Source of the DNA: an uncultured Fidelibacterota bacterium | Lineage (GTDB): Bacteria; Fidelibacterota; Marinisomatia; Marinisomatales; UBA1611 | Length of the DNA: 12,378 bases | Assembly (NCBI GenBank): GCA_913040915.1 | Contig: CAJWHW010000038.1 | Span: 1 to 12,378 of the forward strand | Direction: 5' to 3' | Part shown: one piece after another, positions 8,901 through 12,378 of the stretch | How the letters are laid out: every line of letters begins with the position of its first letter | Position numbering within the stretch: position 1 is the stretch's first letter | Position numbers and translations under genes: made by a program | Notes under the pieces: generated by a model | The model's input: only the letters and a program-made list of their open reading frames with translations | Told to the model about the DNA's origin: nothing | Databases searched by the model: none

Positions 8901-9542
8901 ATCCAGTAGAGCCGCAATCCAACGTGTTTCAATATCTGAAACAAGATTACCAGCAGTAAGATAACCAAATAATAAAATAACAGAAGCCATATAAGTTGGC
9001 AACATTCTCCGAGTTAAAATTGCGAGAGAAAACAATAATGCGCCAACCATAAATACATTGGGAATGATCAATAAAAGGAAAGGATGTAAATACGCCCAAA
9101 TAGAAAAAGGGCCAATGGCATCCTGATCTAAATAAGGCATTAAAAATCCAAATAGCATTCCAAGGGTAAATCCTAGCTGAATGATAAGTGTCAATACCAA
9201 TGCACCGGAAAAACGGCCAAAATAATAGTGTGTTGGTTTGATTGGTTTTGTAAAAAATAGAGGATGAGTATTGAATTCAAAATCGCGGTAACCACTATTC
9301 CCAAAAATAGCTGCAGCTACTAAAATTCCTATGATGCAAAAAACGTTTTGAATCATGGCAATTACCAGTGGAGCATTTAAATTATTATTGGCATTACCAA
9401 CAATAATCCGCGCATTTGTAAAGGCCCCGCCTAAAATATTGATAATAAGAAAAGCTAGTCCAAAAAAAACAAAGAAATAAACAATTACTGATGTTTTATT
9501 CAGACCAAGACGAATTTCAAAATTAAGAATATGCTTCCACAT
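5913..9542 (-). CDS. ABC-2 type permease (two tandem membrane domains) fused to C-terminal M1-like zinc metallopeptidase, ~1209 aa
   Basis: Start re-assigned to ATG 9542-9540 (MWKHILNFEIRLG), 1 nt after the ATPase stop (TAA-A-ATG). About 12-13 hydrophobic segments in the first ~600 aa, with an internal repeat (YRDFEFNTHPLFFTKPI vs WRERELKADQIMDSLPI). Soluble domain with YGPYPY, HEMGH (6722-6708), third ligand E in SEGLAEYS (6650-6648) and YIHYNK. Confidence 0.93.
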   Translation of the reverse strand: MWKHILNFEIRLGLNKTSVIVYFFVFFGLAFLIINILGGAFTNARIIVGNANNNLNAPLVIAMIQNVFCIIGILVAAAIFGNSGYRDFEFNTHPLFFTKPIKPTHYYFGRFSGALVLTLIIQLGFTLGMLFGFLMPYLDQDAIGPFSIWAYLHPFLLLIIPNVFMVGALLFSLAILTRRMLPTYMASVILLFGYLTAGNLVSDIETRWIAALLDPFGSEAVSDAARYWTPVEQNNNFVPMTKWIILNRLIWLGVGAIFLGIGLWKFDFKHSEPGKSKKKKEKGIAPIEESVIGGGFINAKPIFNTVTLWIQFKTQIIIEIKRAFRDPYFIAIAGTAAGFLLLNQQAIGDMYGVDTLPTTNDVVLVLSGSFALFMLILITFYAGQIIWRERELKADQIMDSLPIPNWIPMVSKLISLILIPGIMLIVLMIIGLGIQTWRGFYDYEVHLYFKQLFLLDWTDYTLLCVLAFSIQTIVNHKYIGHFIMILYFLFGMFSGQFGLDHTLYHYSSGSGAPYSDMNGFEPYIFRLLWYKLYWGSFAVLLALISNLFWNRGLTGNFKSRSTNARLRLTPAMKNGLLGFTVLFIGFGSFIFYNTNILNEYHRSAYWEKRSANYEKTYKKYKGVPKPKITGVSGEVHIYPQEARVEFSGIYRMKNKTDTIIDTIHSNFNRRAPYTKYEWSRSNELTFTDSAYGWNIFIFDPPILPGDEFSLEFEGIRQRTGFSNSGVSQTVIENGTMIWSGDLFPTFGYNSGLELADKRTRKKHDLSEEQDRMRKFDDPEGNQHGILSDDADWVDFEVIMSTDLDQIAMAPGYIQKEWEENDRRFFHYKMDQKIHNLFAFVSARYNILKEKWNGISLEVYHHPSHSYNVDKLMEGMKKSIEYYNELYGPYPYRQCRILEFPYGSYAASFPNTIPFSENIGFVMDVDPDDPEDLDMPFWVTAHEMGHQWWPHQVSGGNVQGAGFLSEGLAEYSAVALLAKEKGEKQLRKFLKYELDKYLTGRFTEQKFEPTIVQTENHPYIHYNKAGLMMYTLSDFIGKDIFNNALGRFIEKYRYQSNPYPHIGQFINTIREQTSDDLQYLITDTFEKITLYENKGKSASYIENEDGTFEVTMEVEVKKVYSDSLGNQTDAPLKDWLEIGVLGETLVNGDMEEVPIYLEKVFITDSISTFQVIVDQKPIKAGIDPMNKFVDRDSDDNLVRVSINNSSKNEK

Positions 9543-9543
9543 T

Positions 9544-10431
9544 TTATTTAGTTCCATCAATTTGAAGTCCGTGGATAGTAGCAAAATATAAATCTTCGAT
9601 TTCAGGAGTTGCCTGTTCAAACCCGTTTTCTAAATGTGACTCGCTAAATACCCGTACCTGAACTTTTCCTAAATATAATCTGGATGAAATAACTTCATTC
9701 TCCTTTTCAACATTTTCTAATTCTGATTTTTCAACTAAACCTTTCCAAACTTTCCCTTCCATCTTTTTGATTAATTGGATGGGCTCTCCCGTAATTTCCA
9801 CTTCCCCATTTAATATAATAGCCATTTCATTACAAAGGTCACTTACATCATCAACAATATGAGTGGAAAGAATTACAATTACATTTTCACCAATTTCACT
9901 TAAAAGATTATGAAACCTATTTCGCTCCATAGGATCCAACCCTGCTGTTGGCTCATCCACAATAATGAGTTTTGGATCTCCTAATAGAGCTTGAGCAATA
10001 CCAAATCTTTGTTTCATCCCTCCTGAGTAAGTTCCCAATTTTCTATCTTTAGCTTCCCAAAGATTTGTTTGATGTAATAATGACTCCACAACTTCTTTTC
10101 TCTGCTTAGAATTTGTAATTCCCTTCATTACAGCCATATGAGATAGTAAATCAGAAGCTGAAATTTTCGGATATACACCAAATTCTTGTGGCAAGTAGCC
10201 AAGAATTTCACGTAAGGCTTGCTTATCTTTCGCCACATCAATATCACCTAAAGTGATAGATCCATTATCAGAACCCTGTAACGCAGCAATAGTACGCATT
10301 AGTGTAGACTTCCCAGCTCCATTCGGGCCCAACAGTCCAAACATACCATTTCCAATTTCAATAGAGACATTTTTAAGTGCTTCCACACCATTATCATATG
10401 TTTTAGAAATATTTTGAATTGACAGTTTCAT
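9544..10431 (-). CDS. ABC transporter ATP-binding protein (ABC-2/DrrA-like exporter type)
   Basis: Walker A GPNGAGKST, Q-loop GYLPQEF, signature YSGGMKQR, Walker B/D-loop IIVDEPTAGLDP, H-loop LSTH; Shine-Dalgarno AGAGGA just upstream of the ATG. Confidence 0.97.
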   Translation of the reverse strand: MKLSIQNISKTYDNGVEALKNVSIEIGNGMFGLLGPNGAGKSTLMRTIAALQGSDNGSITLGDIDVAKDKQALREILGYLPQEFGVYPKISASDLLSHMAVMKGITNSKQRKEVVESLLHQTNLWEAKDRKLGTYSGGMKQRFGIAQALLGDPKLIIVDEPTAGLDPMERNRFHNLLSEIGENVIVILSTHIVDDVSDLCNEMAIILNGEVEITGEPIQLIKKMEGKVWKGLVEKSELENVEKENEVISSRLYLGKVQVRVFSESHLENGFEQATPEIEDLYFATIHGLQIDGTK

Positions 10432-10479
10432 GGTTTCCTCTTTTTAATTCAATTCATTGAAAAAATACTTTAACCTCAA

Positions 10480-11295
10480 TCAATCTTTTTCGATTCTTTC
10501 ATAATTTTCTGGAATAACAAAAAAACCTGTATCCACCGGTTCAGCATACAATTCCATTATTTCAAACCCTGCGGTGAATTTAGGATCATCACTTTCTTCG
10601 TAGGCTACAAAATTTATTTTAACAGCATAGCCGTCAATGGGATCTAACGTAGTCAGTGTATCCATAGCTTTGATAAATAAATTAGATGAAAAATCAAATT
10701 GCTCAAATGCTGTGGTATCAGGATTAGGATTAAATTTAGATTTGACTGAAAATTTCAAAGAGTCAGACATTTTCATTAGTGGGAGCTTATCCACAAACCA
10801 TTCTTCAAAAACCATTCTTTTTTCACTGAATGAAATGGTAGTAATCCATTTTTTTGTTCTAAAACCATGAAGGAATTCAATCTCCTTTCCACCAGTTCTT
10901 GTAAACTTTGGCGGTGATTTATCATCTTCGTCATCTGCGGAAAAAGAATAAGAAAATGATCTAGAATTATCTGAACTTGTATCAGGCTTTTGAAAATAAA
11001 CTTCAGGAGATTGGAGCCAATATTCTTCATCATCTTTATCATACATAATTATTTTTTCTGATCCGGAAATCATCAGTTCACCGGTTTCATCATCTGCGAG
11101 CCAACTTGCGTAAAACCGATCCGCATCAATTTTTTCTTCAACTTTTAATAATCCTGGTGCAACTGTTTGATCATAAAGAACGTTCATAGGTCCTAAAACT
11201 GGTATATCAAATTGCATCTTCATTACTACCCGGACCTGGAAATCTTGTGAAGAAGAAATTGCGATAAAACAAAGGTAATTAATTATCTGCCGCAT
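10480..11295 (-). CDS. Secreted/periplasmic DUF4412-like protein
   Basis: 271 aa, short signal-like N-terminus (MRQIINYLCFIAISSS-Q). Pattern recalled for DUF4412-type proteins: IMYDKDDEEYW, RTGGKEIEFLHGFRTKKW, EEWFVDKLP, GYAVKI and C-terminal VDTGFFVIPENYERI. Family call is by eye. Confidence 0.7.
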   Translation of the reverse strand: MRQIINYLCFIAISSSQDFQVRVVMKMQFDIPVLGPMNVLYDQTVAPGLLKVEEKIDADRFYASWLADDETGELMISGSEKIIMYDKDDEEYWLQSPEVYFQKPDTSSDNSRSFSYSFSADDEDDKSPPKFTRTGGKEIEFLHGFRTKKWITTISFSEKRMVFEEWFVDKLPLMKMSDSLKFSVKSKFNPNPDTTAFEQFDFSSNLFIKAMDTLTTLDPIDGYAVKINFVAYEESDDPKFTAGFEIMELYAEPVDTGFFVIPENYERIEKD

Positions 11296-11346
11296 TATTA
11301 TATAGGAATTTAAATGACTGAATACTGAGCAAAAAATTATACAATA

Positions 11347-11548
11347 TTAAAAGACATTTAGATGATCCCCAGAATGGGAGTTACTACCGAACTTACTTAT
11401 TGCTTTAGGATGACAAGTAAAAATCAAGTCTCCAGCTTCAACTCGACCATCTCCAAAAAATTGGTACATAATTTCTCCTTTATTCCAGATCATTCCAATG
11501 CGCTTTACTAATTATCCCTTTGATACCAGCACTGATATAAACTTCCAT
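11347..11548 (-). pseudogene. Probable degraded remnant of an M55 family D-aminopeptidase (DppA-like) gene
   Basis: ATG 11548: MEVYISAGIKGIISKAHWNDLE* (stop 11482-11480); the +1 frame continues KGEIMYQFFGDG...to stop 11349-11347. Joined, this resembles the recalled M55 N-terminus MKxYISxDxEGxxGxxHW. The Zn ligands D and E appear as G (GGT) and K (AAA), each one base from GAT and GAA. Only ~66 codons remain. Confidence 0.55.
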
Positions 11549-11649
11549 ATATTTACTTTAATTAAATTGGGTCGGAAACTAACTCTGTAATTGTAGAATT
11601 TAAAACGAGGTATTAATGAGATATTTTATACGTAGTATAATGACAAAAT

Positions 11650-11681
11650 TATAAAGCCCCTTGAATTAAAGGGGCTTTATA
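11650..11681 (-). terminator. Rho-independent terminator downstream of katG (probably bidirectional)
   Basis: 13-bp perfect stem TATAAAGCCCCTT (11650-11662) / AAGGGGCTTTATA (11669-11681) with a 6-nt loop. On the minus strand the GC core is followed by TTTATAATTTT. About 60 nt after the katG stop. Confidence 0.88.
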
Positions 11682-11743
11682 TAATATGAAAATCTAATTT
11701 CAGATTTTTTGATTATTTATGAATTGTAATTACCTTACTGAAA

Positions 11744-12378
<635 letters not shown>

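Noticed and set aside
9543..9620. 26-aa N-terminal extension of the permease-M1 ORF (start 9620)
   Set aside because: It overlaps the ATPase 3' end by 77 nt; the ATG at 9542, one base after the ATPase stop, gives a typical permease N-terminus and translational coupling.
10637..11042. ORFs 10637-10870 (+) and 10776-11042 (-)
   Set aside because: Fully nested in the 271-aa gene in antisense or alternative frame, with no motifs.
11470..11490. Programmed +1 frameshift at GAA-TAA-AGG
   Set aside because: No prfB-like slippery codon or upstream internal SD, and the joined product would be only ~66 aa with mutated metal ligands; decay is more parsimonious.
11689..11708. AAAATCT-N6-AGATTTT inverted repeat after katG
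   Set aside because: 7-bp AT-rich stem next to a much stronger terminator; likely chance.

Overview
AT-rich bacterial window in which every real gene lies on the minus strand. In transcription order (right to left): the 3' part of a catalase-peroxidase (katG) ending in a strong hairpin terminator; a short, decayed remnant resembling the N-terminus of an M55/DppA D-aminopeptidase (not in the ORF track); a secreted DUF4412-like protein; an ABC ATPase translationally coupled to a ~1209-aa double ABC-2-permease/M1-metallopeptidase fusion; an M61-family metallopeptidase lipoprotein; a 143-aa protein of unknown function; a TonB-dependent receptor with an N-terminal carboxypeptidase-regulatory-like domain; and the 5' part (210 codons, also missed by the ORF track) of a probably secreted agmatine deiminase/Porphyromonas-type peptidylarginine deiminase. 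Gene content, short signal peptides and TAnnTTY promoter-like motifs suggest an FCB-group bacterium, possibly Marinimicrobia-like (inference only). The main item of interest is a putative cell-envelope peptide-processing locus built around the poorly characterised ABC-permease/M1 fusion. No RNA genes, CRISPR arrays, transposases or integrases were seen.
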